This document shows positions 37,776 through 46,596 of a stretch of DNA of 64,000 bases, piece after piece. Under the pieces are notes generated by a model. That model was not told where the DNA came from. It searched no databases and was given only the letters and a program-made list of their open reading frames with translations. The stretch spans positions 5,674 through 69,673 of the forward strand of contig CAYMXS010000005.1 in NCBI GenBank assembly GCA_964394465.1, given 5' to 3'. The position numbers and the translations under genes were made by a program. Positions within the stretch are counted from its first letter, which is position 1; each line of letters starts with the position of its first letter. Source of the DNA: an uncultured Thermoplasmata archaeon. Lineage in GTDB: Archaea; Thermoplasmatota; Thermoplasmata; Halarchaeoplasmatales; Halarchaeoplasmataceae.

Positions 37776-39083
37776 ATGTTCATAGCCGTCGATGACACGG
37801 ACTCCAGGAAGGGGATGTGCACCACTTTTCTCGCCACCGAACTGATAAAGGAATTCAAAGAGTTCCAGCTCCTCGATCATCCAAGATTGGTCAGGCTGAA
37901 TCCAAACGTGCCGTGGAAGACCAGAGGTAATGGAGCGATCGTTCTTGAGATCGGGAAGGGAGAGAAAAAGAAAGAGAAGCTCGGCGTGATAGAAGAAGAT
38001 GTTTATCTATGGGAAGGGGATGGAGATCTACAGAGAGAGGAGCAAAGAAAGATATTCAAAAAAGTGAGGGAAAAAGTGGAGGAATTCGCCGAGTTCGATT
38101 CAAAGAAGACCAACCCAGGGATAGTCGTAGGGAGTTCAAGGCCGCCTTTAGAATTATACGAGAAGGGGGTACAGGACGTCGTCCAGATAGAGGAGATAAA
38201 GAGTTTACTGGATCAGGAGTATCGCCTTCATAAGGGCTACCAAGAGGAAAGAGGCCTTATAGGAGCTACCTGCGCACTGGCATGGCGTCCAAAAGACCAC
38301 ACCTACGAACTTATCGCGTATAGAGAGAAGAAAAGGTGGGGGACGGAAAGGGAAGTGAACGTGGAGGATATAAAAAATTTAGATGAGAAGCTGAAAAGCA
38401 CCTTCGATAACTACGACCATGAGGAGGAAAAACAGGCCATCGCTCCGCGCTCTCCCTGCCCTGTACTGTACGGCATCCGGGGAGAGGACCGCCAAGAACT
38501 TCAAAAGGCCTTGGATATAGTCGAAAGTGAGAAAGTAGAAAGATGGATGACGTTCCTCACAAATCAGGGAACCGACGATCACATTCAGACAGGTCATATG
38601 AAGGAACTGAAACCTTGGACCTCCGTGAAACTGAAGGGAAAGGTCTCTTCCAGACCCGAGTCAATAGAAGGGGGACACGTCCTCATACAGTTGGAGAAGA
38701 ACGATAAAGAGGTCACGGCCGCGGCCTATGAGCCGACGAAGGACTTCAGAAAGATAATAGAGAGACTCATACCCGGAGATATCGTAGAAGTCTACGGAGG
38801 AGTGAGGAAAGAGCCCATCTCTATCAATATGGAGAAGATCAAGATCCTGAAGCTTGAAGAGAAGATAAAGAAGATCAGCAATCCAGAGTGTCCTAAATGC
38901 GGTAAGAACATGTCTTCTATGGGGAGGAACGCAGGGTATCGATGCAAGCGCTGCAGGACGAAGGCGGACGAAGACGAAGCGTTGACCAAAAGGGTCGAAA
39001 GGGAACTGAAAGAAGGATGGTACGAGGTACCAGTTTCGGCTAGAAGACATCTTTCTAAGCCGTTGAAAAGGATAAAAAACTGA
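37776..39083 (+). CDS. tiaS: tRNA(Ile2) 2-agmatinylcytidine synthetase
   Basis: MFIAVDDTDSRKGMCTTFLA N-terminus, OB-like middle region and a C-terminal CPKCG...CKRC ribbon. 435 aa. Confidence 0.85.
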   Translation: MFIAVDDTDSRKGMCTTFLATELIKEFKEFQLLDHPRLVRLNPNVPWKTRGNGAIVLEIGKGEKKKEKLGVIEEDVYLWEGDGDLQREEQRKIFKKVREKVEEFAEFDSKKTNPGIVVGSSRPPLELYEKGVQDVVQIEEIKSLLDQEYRLHKGYQEERGLIGATCALAWRPKDHTYELIAYREKKRWGTEREVNVEDIKNLDEKLKSTFDNYDHEEEKQAIAPRSPCPVLYGIRGEDRQELQKALDIVESEKVERWMTFLTNQGTDDHIQTGHMKELKPWTSVKLKGKVSSRPESIEGGHVLIQLEKNDKEVTAAAYEPTKDFRKIIERLIPGDIVEVYGGVRKEPISINMEKIKILKLEEKIKKISNPECPKCGKNMSSMGRNAGYRCKRCRTKADEDEALTKRVERELKEGWYEVPVSARRHLSKPLKRIKN

Positions 39084-39144
39084 GTAACTCATCGTCAAAA
39101 ATTTAATTATATACTATCTCACTTACTATCCGAAGGTGAGAAGA

Positions 39145-39396
39145 ATGGAGGAAAAAGTCGGAGAGGTCTTCAAGTACTTCAGGAAACCGGAAGTCGCGGC
39201 TATAAAGATTCGTTCTGGAAAGTTAGAGGTCGGAGACACCGTCCGCTTCAAAGGAGAACACACCGATTTTACTCAAGAAGTAGAATCCATGCAGATCGAC
39301 CAGGACAGCGTTGAGAAAGTCGAAGCTGGAGACGACGTCGGTATAAAGGTAAAAGAGAGGGTACGACCCAACGACGAAGTCTTCAGGGTCGATTGA
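39145..39396 (+). CDS. Small beta-barrel protein resembling EF-Tu domain 2
   Basis: LEVGDTVRFKG...VEKVEAGDDVGIKV pattern. I prefer ATG 39145, preceded by aggtga, over the track GTG at 39136. Confidence 0.5.
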   Translation: MEEKVGEVFKYFRKPEVAAIKIRSGKLEVGDTVRFKGEHTDFTQEVESMQIDQDSVEKVEAGDDVGIKVKERVRPNDEVFRVD

Positions 39397-39407
39397 AAAC
39401 TACTTTT

Positions 39408-40796
39408 CTATCCTGGATAGTACTTGTCTATCCATTTCTGGTCTATCCTCTTGAGGTCCCTCTTCGGTATAAGGGTCAAAAGGTTCCAAGCCAGGTCCAA
39501 GGTCTCGTCTATAGTCCTGTCTTCCTCTTCACCCTGGTCTATGAACCTATCCTCGAACTCGTCTGCGAAATTCAGATATTTTCTGTCTCTTTCACTCAGT
39601 GCCTCTTCCCCTACAACAGCAACCAGATCTCTCAGGTCCAGCCCTTCGGCGTAGGCCGCATACAACTGATTACTCACATCGGCGTGATCCTCTCTGGTCC
39701 TTTCTTCGCCGATTCCCTGCTGCATCAGACGGGATAGACTCTCACCTGGCGTTATCGGAGGTCTTATACCTTTCCTGTGAAGTTCTCTAGAAAAGACCAT
39801 CTGGCCCTCGGTGATGTAACCGGTCAGGTCGGGGATCGGATGAGTCACATCGTCATCAGGCATAGTAAGGATGGGTATCATCGTTATGGAACCTTCCCTG
39901 CCCTGAATCCTTCCGGCCCTTTCATATATGGTCGAAAGGTCGGTGTACATGTAACCGGGATAACCTCTTCTGCCGGGCACCTCTTCTCTGGCCGCGGCTA
40001 TCTCCCTCAACGCTTCGCAGTAGTTGGTCATATCAGTGAGAATCACTAGAACCTCCATGCCCTCATCGAAGGCTAGATATTCAGCCGCTGTAAGAGCCAT
40101 CCTAGGTATGATTATCCTCTCTATAGCGGGATCGTCGGCCAGATTCAGGAATAAAACCGCTCTTTCCAAGGCTCCAGTCCTCTCGAAGTCCCTTTTGAAG
40201 AAATTGGCTTCCTCCGCAGTTATACCCATGGCACAGAATACAACGGCGAACTCCTCTTCTTCTCCAAGAACTTTGGCCTGCCTCGCGATCTGGGCGGCCA
40301 TACTGTTATGAGGAAGACCTGAAGCGCTGAATATCGGTAGTTTCTGACCCCTCACCAGGGTAAACATGCCGTCTACGGTTGAAATACCGGTCTGGATGAA
40401 CTCTCTCGGGAACTCTCTTGTAGAGGGGTTGATCGGCGCGCCGTTTATGTCCCTTCTCTCGTCCGGTATTATATCCGGACTGTCATCGATGGGCTCGCCG
40501 ACGCCGTTGAAGACCCTTCCTAAAAGCTCTCTAGATACGCCGAACTTCATCACTTCACCGGTGAACTGGACCGAGGTCGTATCTGTATCCAATCCCCTGG
40601 TACCTCCGAAGACCTGGATGACCGCTTCATTTGACGAGGCCTCCAGCACCTGCCCGAGCCTTTCTTCACCACTTGGCAGTGTTATCTTCGCAATCTCATC
40701 GTAAGCTACACCGCTCACTCCCTCTACTACCATCAAGGGACCTGATACCTCAGTAACGTTCTGGTACTCCGTCCTTTTGGATATATCTTCTTCCAT
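39408..40796 (-). CDS. atpB: A-type ATP synthase subunit B
   Basis: 462 aa, with [10 protein letters not shown] near the N-terminus and the [16 protein letters not shown] regions typical of A1 B subunits. Confidence 0.95.
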   Translation of the reverse strand: MEEDISKRTEYQNVTEVSGPLMVVEGVSGVAYDEIAKITLPSGEERLGQVLEASSNEAVIQVFGGTRGLDTDTTSVQFTGEVMKFGVSRELLGRVFNGVGEPIDDSPDIIPDERRDINGAPINPSTREFPREFIQTGISTVDGMFTLVRGQKLPIFSASGLPHNSMAAQIARQAKVLGEEEEFAVVFCAMGITAEEANFFKRDFERTGALERAVLFLNLADDPAIERIIIPRMALTAAEYLAFDEGMEVLVILTDMTNYCEALREIAAAREEVPGRRGYPGYMYTDLSTIYERAGRIQGREGSITMIPILTMPDDDVTHPIPDLTGYITEGQMVFSRELHRKGIRPPITPGESLSRLMQQGIGEERTREDHADVSNQLYAAYAEGLDLRDLVAVVGEEALSERDRKYLNFADEFEDRFIDQGEEEDRTIDETLDLAWNLLTLIPKRDLKRIDQKWIDKYYPG

Positions 40797-40798
40797 GC

Positions 40799-42613
40799 TT
40801 ATCCCTCCATCGATTCAAATTCTTCGTTCATCTCCATCTCGATCTCGTCGAACTCCTCTTCCCACTCTTCGGATGGGACCTCGGACATCCTGCTTATCCT
40901 GCTCAGGCAGTCCATCTTTGCAAGCTTGTCTGGGTCAGCGCCCTCTTCGACCGCTTTCTGTCCGGCTTCGTGGAACTCCATCATTATCTGCATCATCCTG
41001 AACTGTTTCCCCGGCTCGCAGAAGGTATCTACATCATGGAAGGCGTTCTGCTGCAGGAAGTCCTCTCTTATGACTCTAGCAGCGTGCCGAGCGAACTGAT
41101 CCGAAGGCGGTAAAGCATCGGGACCGACCAGCTGTACGATCTCTTGTAGTTCTGATTCTTTCTCCAAAAGGCGCATCGCATCTCTCCTTAGTTCGTGCCA
41201 CCTTTCATCGATTTCCTCGTGCCACCAGTCTTTCACTGAGTCGAGATAAAGCGAGTACGATTTCAACCAGCTGACCGCCGGGAAATGCCTTTTGTTCTTC
41301 AATTCAGTATCAAGAGCCCAGAATACCTGGACTATCCTCAAGGTGTTCTGAGTCACCGGCTCAGAGAAATCACCGCCGGAAGGACTAACAGCTCCGATGA
41401 CGGAGATAGAGCCCTCTCTATCCTCGCCCCCGTGCAATCTACAGATACCAGCTCTTTCATAGAACGCTGCAAGAGAAGAAGCTAGATATGCTGGATAGCC
41501 CTCTTCTCCGGGCATCTCTTCTAGTCTACCTGAAATCTCTCTCAGAGCTTCGGCCCATCGTGAAGTGGAATCGGCCATCAGAGCCACGTTGTAACCCATA
41601 TCTCTATAATACTCCGCGATGGTTATACCGGAATAAACTGAAGCCTCTCTAGCCGCAACAGGCATATTACTGGTATTGGCTATGAGAACGGTACGTTTCA
41701 TCAATGGCTTACCCGTTCTCGGGTCTTCTAATTCAGGGAAGTCTCTCAGCACTTCCGTCATCTCGTTCCCTCTCTCACCGCATCCTACGTAGACAACTAT
41801 GTCGGCGTCGCTCCATTTAGCCAATTGATGCTGGATTACCGTCTTTCCAGTCCCGAACCCCCCAGGGATAGCGGCTGTTCCTCCCTTAGCTATAGGGAAG
41901 AAGGTATCTAAAACTCTCTGCCCGGTAGTCAGAAGCTCGCCGGGAGCCTTCTTCTCATCTATCGGCCTGCCTATCCTGACGGGCCATTTCTGGAGCATCG
42001 ATATCTCTTTTTCACCCTCTTCGGTGTCCAGCACGGCTATCGTATCCTCTATAGTGTATTCTCCTTCACCGACTATCTCTTTCACCGTTCCGCTCTCACC
42101 GGGAGGAACCATGACCTTGTGCTCTACAACGGGCGTTTCTGGAACTATGCCCAGAACGTCGCCGTGTTCGACCTCTTCGCCTTCCTCGACTTCAGGTGTG
42201 AACTCCCATTCCTTTGAACGGTCAAGGGGAGAGACATCGACTCCTCTTCCGATGAAATCCCCCGTCTGTTCAGCGATATCCTCCAAAGGTCTTTGGATAC
42301 CGTCGTATATACGCTCGATAAGACCGGGTGCTAGGTCAAGAGAGAGGGGATGTCCGGTCCTATGTACGGGCTCTCCGGGCTTGACCCCACCGGTCTCCTC
42401 GTACACCTGGATGGTGGCAACGTCCTCATCCAGTTCGATTATCTCTCCTACCAGGCCCTCCTCACCTACGTCTACGACTTCGTACATCTCTGCACCGCGA
42501 AGGTCTTCAGCTTCCACGACAGGACCCGCGACCCTGATTATCGTACCCTTTTCTTTCTCCTCAGGTTCCGACATCCTGTCTATGCTTTTCTCGACTTCTC
42601 CTGACTCGCTCAT
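40799..42613 (-). CDS. atpA: A-type ATP synthase catalytic subunit A
   Basis: Walker [11 protein letters not shown], plus the GERGNEM and SRWAEALRE motifs. 604 aa, no intein. Confidence 0.95.
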   Translation of the reverse strand: MSESGEVEKSIDRMSEPEEKEKGTIIRVAGPVVEAEDLRGAEMYEVVDVGEEGLVGEIIELDEDVATIQVYEETGGVKPGEPVHRTGHPLSLDLAPGLIERIYDGIQRPLEDIAEQTGDFIGRGVDVSPLDRSKEWEFTPEVEEGEEVEHGDVLGIVPETPVVEHKVMVPPGESGTVKEIVGEGEYTIEDTIAVLDTEEGEKEISMLQKWPVRIGRPIDEKKAPGELLTTGQRVLDTFFPIAKGGTAAIPGGFGTGKTVIQHQLAKWSDADIVVYVGCGERGNEMTEVLRDFPELEDPRTGKPLMKRTVLIANTSNMPVAAREASVYSGITIAEYYRDMGYNVALMADSTSRWAEALREISGRLEEMPGEEGYPAYLASSLAAFYERAGICRLHGGEDREGSISVIGAVSPSGGDFSEPVTQNTLRIVQVFWALDTELKNKRHFPAVSWLKSYSLYLDSVKDWWHEEIDERWHELRRDAMRLLEKESELQEIVQLVGPDALPPSDQFARHAARVIREDFLQQNAFHDVDTFCEPGKQFRMMQIMMEFHEAGQKAVEEGADPDKLAKMDCLSRISRMSEVPSEEWEEEFDEIEMEMNEEFESMEG

Positions 42614-42619
42614 ACTATC

Positions 42620-42973
42620 TCACTCCTTTGAAGTTATATCAATACCAACAGCTCTTCTTATCTTGCTCTGTAATGGGTCCTCTTTGTCCTCTACTGGACC
42701 CTCCTTATCCGGTATCTCGACTATCACCGGAAACAGGCTCTCTTTCCTACTTCTCTTTTTGTTAAGGTGCTCCCTGATGTTTTCAGCTATGGTCTCAGAG
42801 ATAAGGATAACGCCAACATCAGAGGATTCTAATAGATAATCTATCTCTTTCTTAGCTTCGTAATCGTCAGTGGGAATTATACTCTCGTCCACACCGGCCA
42901 ACGAGAAACCTAAAGCCATGTCCTCCTGGCCGATGACTACAACCTTCATCCTGTCTTCAGTTCCTTCCATCAT
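42620..42973 (-). CDS. atpF: A-type ATP synthase subunit F
   Basis: 117-aa ORF ([19 protein letters not shown]) in the canonical position between C and A. Confidence 0.85.
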   Translation of the reverse strand: MMEGTEDRMKVVVIGQEDMALGFSLAGVDESIIPTDDYEAKKEIDYLLESSDVGVILISETIAENIREHLNKKRSRKESLFPVIVEIPDKEGPVEDKEDPLQSKIRRAVGIDITSKE

Positions 42974-44109
42974 CTCTCCTCCATTATCACCATGTCTCTG
43001 ATCATCTCCGGGCTGACGCCTTCCTTCACACCTCGGATTATAACTTTAAGATTCCTGAACTCCAGTTCCTTACCGACCAGGTACTTCACCATCGGCCCTA
43101 CACTCAACACGTGTTGGCTCATTATCTCCGAGATCAGAGAATACAACTTCTTGTCCAAGTACTTTTCAAGATCATAATGTGACATGGAGGCGCTCTCGCT
43201 TCTCAGGTCTTCGTATGACGTTCCCTCTAACTCGACGAGCGCTTCCTCCATATTGTTCGATTCTATCATGTTCTCCAGCTTCCAGTGCTCGAGTTCCCTT
43301 CCAGCTGGGAGCAGCGCCTCTTTCAGGGTCTCCTCTTCTATATCCTCCTGACCTCTCAAGCCTCTCAAAACGATCTTCAGATTCATCAGGTCAGTGTACT
43401 TACCGAAGAAGTACTTCAAGGGTGCCCGTTCCTCGGCGCCGGCCTTGTTGACAGCTTTCTTCAATCTCTCGTATGCGAAACGGTCCAGCTCCACATCCAG
43501 CAGGAAGAAATTGTCCTTCCATTCCTGACCGGACAGTACCTCTCCAAGTTCCGTATCCTTCAATATGCTCGTGAGTTCCTGGACATTCCTGGCCGACACC
43601 ATATCGTCTATCATGCCCTTGTCTATTATCTTGACCGGCTGGATCTTCCTCCTCAGGTCCTCCTTTTCCGTTCCCCGGTCTATGGCCTTGATCGCTCTCT
43701 TGACCATCCTGACGTCATACCTGTTAAGCCACGCGTTGACGAACTCTTTAGCGTCTTCCGGCGTGGCCATAAAGGCCCTCTTGACGGATGCGATCATCTC
43801 CTTTTCGAGCTCTCTCTCCGCCTCTAATATATCATCTGCGGCTTCCTTCGGAAGTTCATAGCCTTCGTCTCGTATCTCACTCAAGACCTCGTTTATGTTC
43901 CTGCTCTCGATCAGGGGCTCGAGCTTCTCCTTTTTTAAGAAGGGTGTACCTTCCGCTCTAAACTTCGCGTTGGGGTAGGTGAAGTTCGCTATGGAAAGTA
44001 GGACCTTGAAGTAGCTCATGACGAGTATCACAACGACCAGAAGTGACACTCCAACGATGATCAGTACGAGGGTCGGTAATCCCACGCTGCTTACGAACTC
44101 TTCCAGCAC
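42970..44109 (-). CDS. atpC: A-type ATP synthase subunit C (V-type d homolog)
   Basis: 379-aa helical protein in the operon position between E and F. Overlapping stop/start with atpF. Confidence 0.85.
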   Translation of the reverse strand: MLEEFVSSVGLPTLVLIIVGVSLLVVVILVMSYFKVLLSIANFTYPNAKFRAEGTPFLKKEKLEPLIESRNINEVLSEIRDEGYELPKEAADDILEAERELEKEMIASVKRAFMATPEDAKEFVNAWLNRYDVRMVKRAIKAIDRGTEKEDLRRKIQPVKIIDKGMIDDMVSARNVQELTSILKDTELGEVLSGQEWKDNFFLLDVELDRFAYERLKKAVNKAGAEERAPLKYFFGKYTDLMNLKIVLRGLRGQEDIEEETLKEALLPAGRELEHWKLENMIESNNMEEALVELEGTSYEDLRSESASMSHYDLEKYLDKKLYSLISEIMSQHVLSVGPMVKYLVGKELEFRNLKVIIRGVKEGVSPEMIRDMVIMEER

Positions 44110-44112
44110 TTT

Positions 44113-44694
44113 TCAGTCCTCCGCGAACAACATATCGGATATATCCTTTCTAAGCTCTTTCTTCTTCCTCTCGAAACTTGCTTCGAATGTCAGGTCTATC
44201 TCGGAGCCCGAGTCCGAAACGGCCTTGATGCCTCCTATGACGTCTAGGTCGGATTTCACGTCCAGGGAGGGGGCGATCTTACTGACCAGTTCCTCAACTT
44301 TCTCTTCACTCTCTGGATTACAGTGTATGGCGATGGAGTCGCCCTCCAGGATATTGCTGGCTTTGCCGATGGCCTTCCTCAGGTAATCTTCATAATCCTC
44401 AGGGGACGCTTCGTCCAGTTCCTCCATGGCTTGGTCGAATATCTTCTCTATCATCTCTTCTCTCGCCTGGAGCTTGTTCTTCCTGGCGTCCAGTTTGGCC
44501 TGGGAGATTATCCGGTTTCTCGTCGTATCGATCTCCCTCTCCTTCTCCTTCCTGATCTGGTCCAGTTTCCTGTCCTTCTCTCTCTCTATCTCCTGTTCTA
44601 TCTCTTCGGCCTTCTCTTCTTTCCTCTTCTCTATATTCTTAACCTTTCTCTGCGCGGCCTGTTTTATCCTCTTGATTATCTCATCCACTGGCAT
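44113..44694 (-). CDS. atpE: A-type ATP synthase subunit E
   Basis: 193 aa. The N-terminal half is a long charged helix and the C-terminal half is globular. Operon position fits. Confidence 0.85.
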   Translation of the reverse strand: MPVDEIIKRIKQAAQRKVKNIEKRKEEKAEEIEQEIEREKDRKLDQIRKEKEREIDTTRNRIISQAKLDARKNKLQAREEMIEKIFDQAMEELDEASPEDYEDYLRKAIGKASNILEGDSIAIHCNPESEEKVEELVSKIAPSLDVKSDLDVIGGIKAVSDSGSEIDLTFEASFERKKKELRKDISDMLFAED

Positions 44695-44712
44695 CTTTTA
44701 CCCTCCTGCACC

Positions 44713-46596
44713 TCACATGAATCCCAAGAACACTATTATGAATATGGCGATCAGAAGACCAAAGATAGCGAAGGTCTCCGACATAACGCTGAATATCATA
44801 CCTTTACCGAAGGTCTCCTCACGCTTGGAGACCGCTGCGATAGCCGAGCCGGATGTGATACCCTGACCGACTCCCGAGACACCGGATACACCTATGGCCA
44901 TGCCTGCACCTATGGCCGCTATGCCCATGCCGACTCCGGCATCGACCGGGAAGTTGCCTCCCAGCATGCCGCTGAAGACCATCAGAAGGATGGATATGAG
45001 CATGCCGTATATGGCCTGGGTCTCTGGCAAGACTGAAAAGACCATGCCTCTACCGAACATGGACTCGTCTTCCGCCACCGTTGCTATCCCGCTGGCGGCC
45101 GCGACTCCCTGGCCTATACCCGAGAGACCGGCTACACCGACAGAAAGGCCGGCGCCCACTCCGACCAGACCGAGGAACAGCTGAATATCGGAGGAGAACC
45201 CGAGCAGACCGCCTCCGCCCAGAAGTCCGCTGAAGATCATGAGTAAGATGGCTATCAGCATGCCGTATATAGCTTGAGTTTCTGGTAGAACTGAAAAGAC
45301 CATACCTCTACCGAATATGTCCTCTTTCTCGGCGACGCTGCCTATCCCTGAAGCGGCTGCTATGCCCTGACCTATTCCCGAGAGTCCGGCTACACCGACT
45401 GCAAGACCGGCGCCTATGCCTATCAGACCTAGACTGTATCCGGGCAGACCGGCCATTATGTCTTTCGCCCCTCCACCCAGTAAACCGGTGAAGACCATCA
45501 GTAAGATGGCTATCAGCATACCGTATATAGCTTGTGTCTCTGGTAGAACTGAAAAGACCATGCTCTTGCCGAAGAGGTCTTCTCTCTCCGCGACGCTGCC
45601 TATACCTGCACCGGCCGCTATACCCTGTCCGACTCCGGACAGTCCGGCCACACCGACGGCGAGACCGGCACCGATGGTCACGACGGCTAATCCCAAACCT
45701 TTGGCACCCAGCATGTCAGCGGAGATGCCACCGCCGAGAAGACCGGTGAACACCATTATCAAGATGCCGACCAAGAGACCATAGATCGCCTGTGTCTCTG
45801 GTAGAACTGAAAAGACCATGCCTTTACCGAAGAGCTCTTCCTTCTCGCTGTAGGAAGCTATACTTCCGGAAGCCGCGACGCCCTGGCCTATGGCGGAAAG
45901 ACCGGCTATGCCGACCGCAAGGCCCACGCCTATAGAGGCTAGACCGATAGGTAAAGGAACGTATCCGCCGCCTCCGATTATGCCCGTGAAGAGTAACAGG
46001 AGTACGGCCGTTAATAATCCATAGATAGCCTGGGTCTGTGGAAGTGCTTGGAAGACCAGGCACTTGCCGAACTTCTCCGGCTTCTCAGCTATCGTCCCAG
46101 CACCGGCTGCCCCGGCTATACCTACACCTATACCGGCACCCATCCCGGCTATACCGACTGCAAGACCGGCTCCTAAAGCCGTTAGAAAAGTACCTCTCTC
46201 ATCCTTCTGCAGATCGATGTGTACGGTGTCTTCGTAACTCCTATTGTTGGATTCTACCGTCAGATTCACCCTGTACTGACCCTCCGTTTCGTACGTGTGG
46301 GTGACGTTTTTCTCCGTTGAGGAGGTACCGTCACCGAAGGTCCAGTTGATCGTGGCATTGTCCAGGTCGATATTATGTGATGATATGGAGAATTCTACAT
46401 CCTTTGATTTGTCCAGGGATTGATAAACCGTCTTGTTGGCCCCCGGGTCTTCTCCCTCGATCATTATATCCACTTTGCCCATGGACTGCTCCTGAGCGGT
46501 GGTGGAGACGGTCCCGAACAGTATGGTAAGGGCCACTATCAGGGTCGTCAAGAGTAAAAATACCCTTCCGTTCTCGAAACTTTTCTTGACACTCAT
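44713..46596 (-). CDS. atpK: A-type ATP synthase proteolipid subunit K: signal peptide + PKD domain + six fused c-subunit hairpins
   Basis: Residues 1-35 form a signal/TM segment and residues 41-128 or so are PKD-like (INWTFGDGTSSTEKNVTHTYETEGQYRVNLTV). Six repeats of G-rich helix / loop / (V/A)LP(E/Q)TQAIYG helix follow. Sits in the operon between atpI and atpE. Confidence 0.9.
   Translation of the reverse strand: MSVKKSFENGRVFLLLTTLIVALTILFGTVSTTAQEQSMGKVDIMIEGEDPGANKTVYQSLDKSKDVEFSISSHNIDLDNATINWTFGDGTSSTEKNVTHTYETEGQYRVNLTVESNNRSYEDTVHIDLQKDERGTFLTALGAGLAVGIAGMGAGIGVGIAGAAGAGTIAEKPEKFGKCLVFQALPQTQAIYGLLTAVLLLLFTGIIGGGGYVPLPIGLASIGVGLAVGIAGLSAIGQGVAASGSIASYSEKEELFGKGMVFSVLPETQAIYGLLVGILIMVFTGLLGGGISADMLGAKGLGLAVVTIGAGLAVGVAGLSGVGQGIAAGAGIGSVAEREDLFGKSMVFSVLPETQAIYGMLIAILLMVFTGLLGGGAKDIMAGLPGYSLGLIGIGAGLAVGVAGLSGIGQGIAAASGIGSVAEKEDIFGRGMVFSVLPETQAIYGMLIAILLMIFSGLLGGGGLLGFSSDIQLFLGLVGVGAGLSVGVAGLSGIGQGVAAASGIATVAEDESMFGRGMVFSVLPETQAIYGMLISILLMVFSGMLGGNFPVDAGVGMGIAAIGAGMAIGVSGVSGVGQGITSGSAIAAVSKREETFGKGMIFSVMSETFAIFGLLIAIFIIVFLGFM
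44716..46190 (-). repeat. Six tandem intragenic repeats (about 240-258 bp each) encoding c-subunit hairpins
   Basis: The string tctgg(t/c)a(g/a)(a/g)actgaaaagaccat recurs at 45023, 45281, 45539 and 45797, exactly 258 bp apart. Diverged copies lie near 44775 and 46035. Confidence 0.9.

Noticed and set aside
42024-42839. 271-aa Ser/Thr/Pro-rich plus-strand ORF
   Set aside because: It lies entirely antisense to atpA and atpF, whose identities are unambiguous. Its low-complexity composition is typical of antisense frames in purine-skewed genes.
44894-45784. Several plus-strand ORFs rich in Pro/Ala/Met (44894-45184, 45416-45784, 45534-45749) showing internal repetition
   Set aside because: They are antisense shadows of the repeated atpK hairpins. 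Their repetition mirrors the 258-bp coding repeats and is not a CRISPR or satellite array, since there are no unique spacers and the minus-strand frame is continuous.
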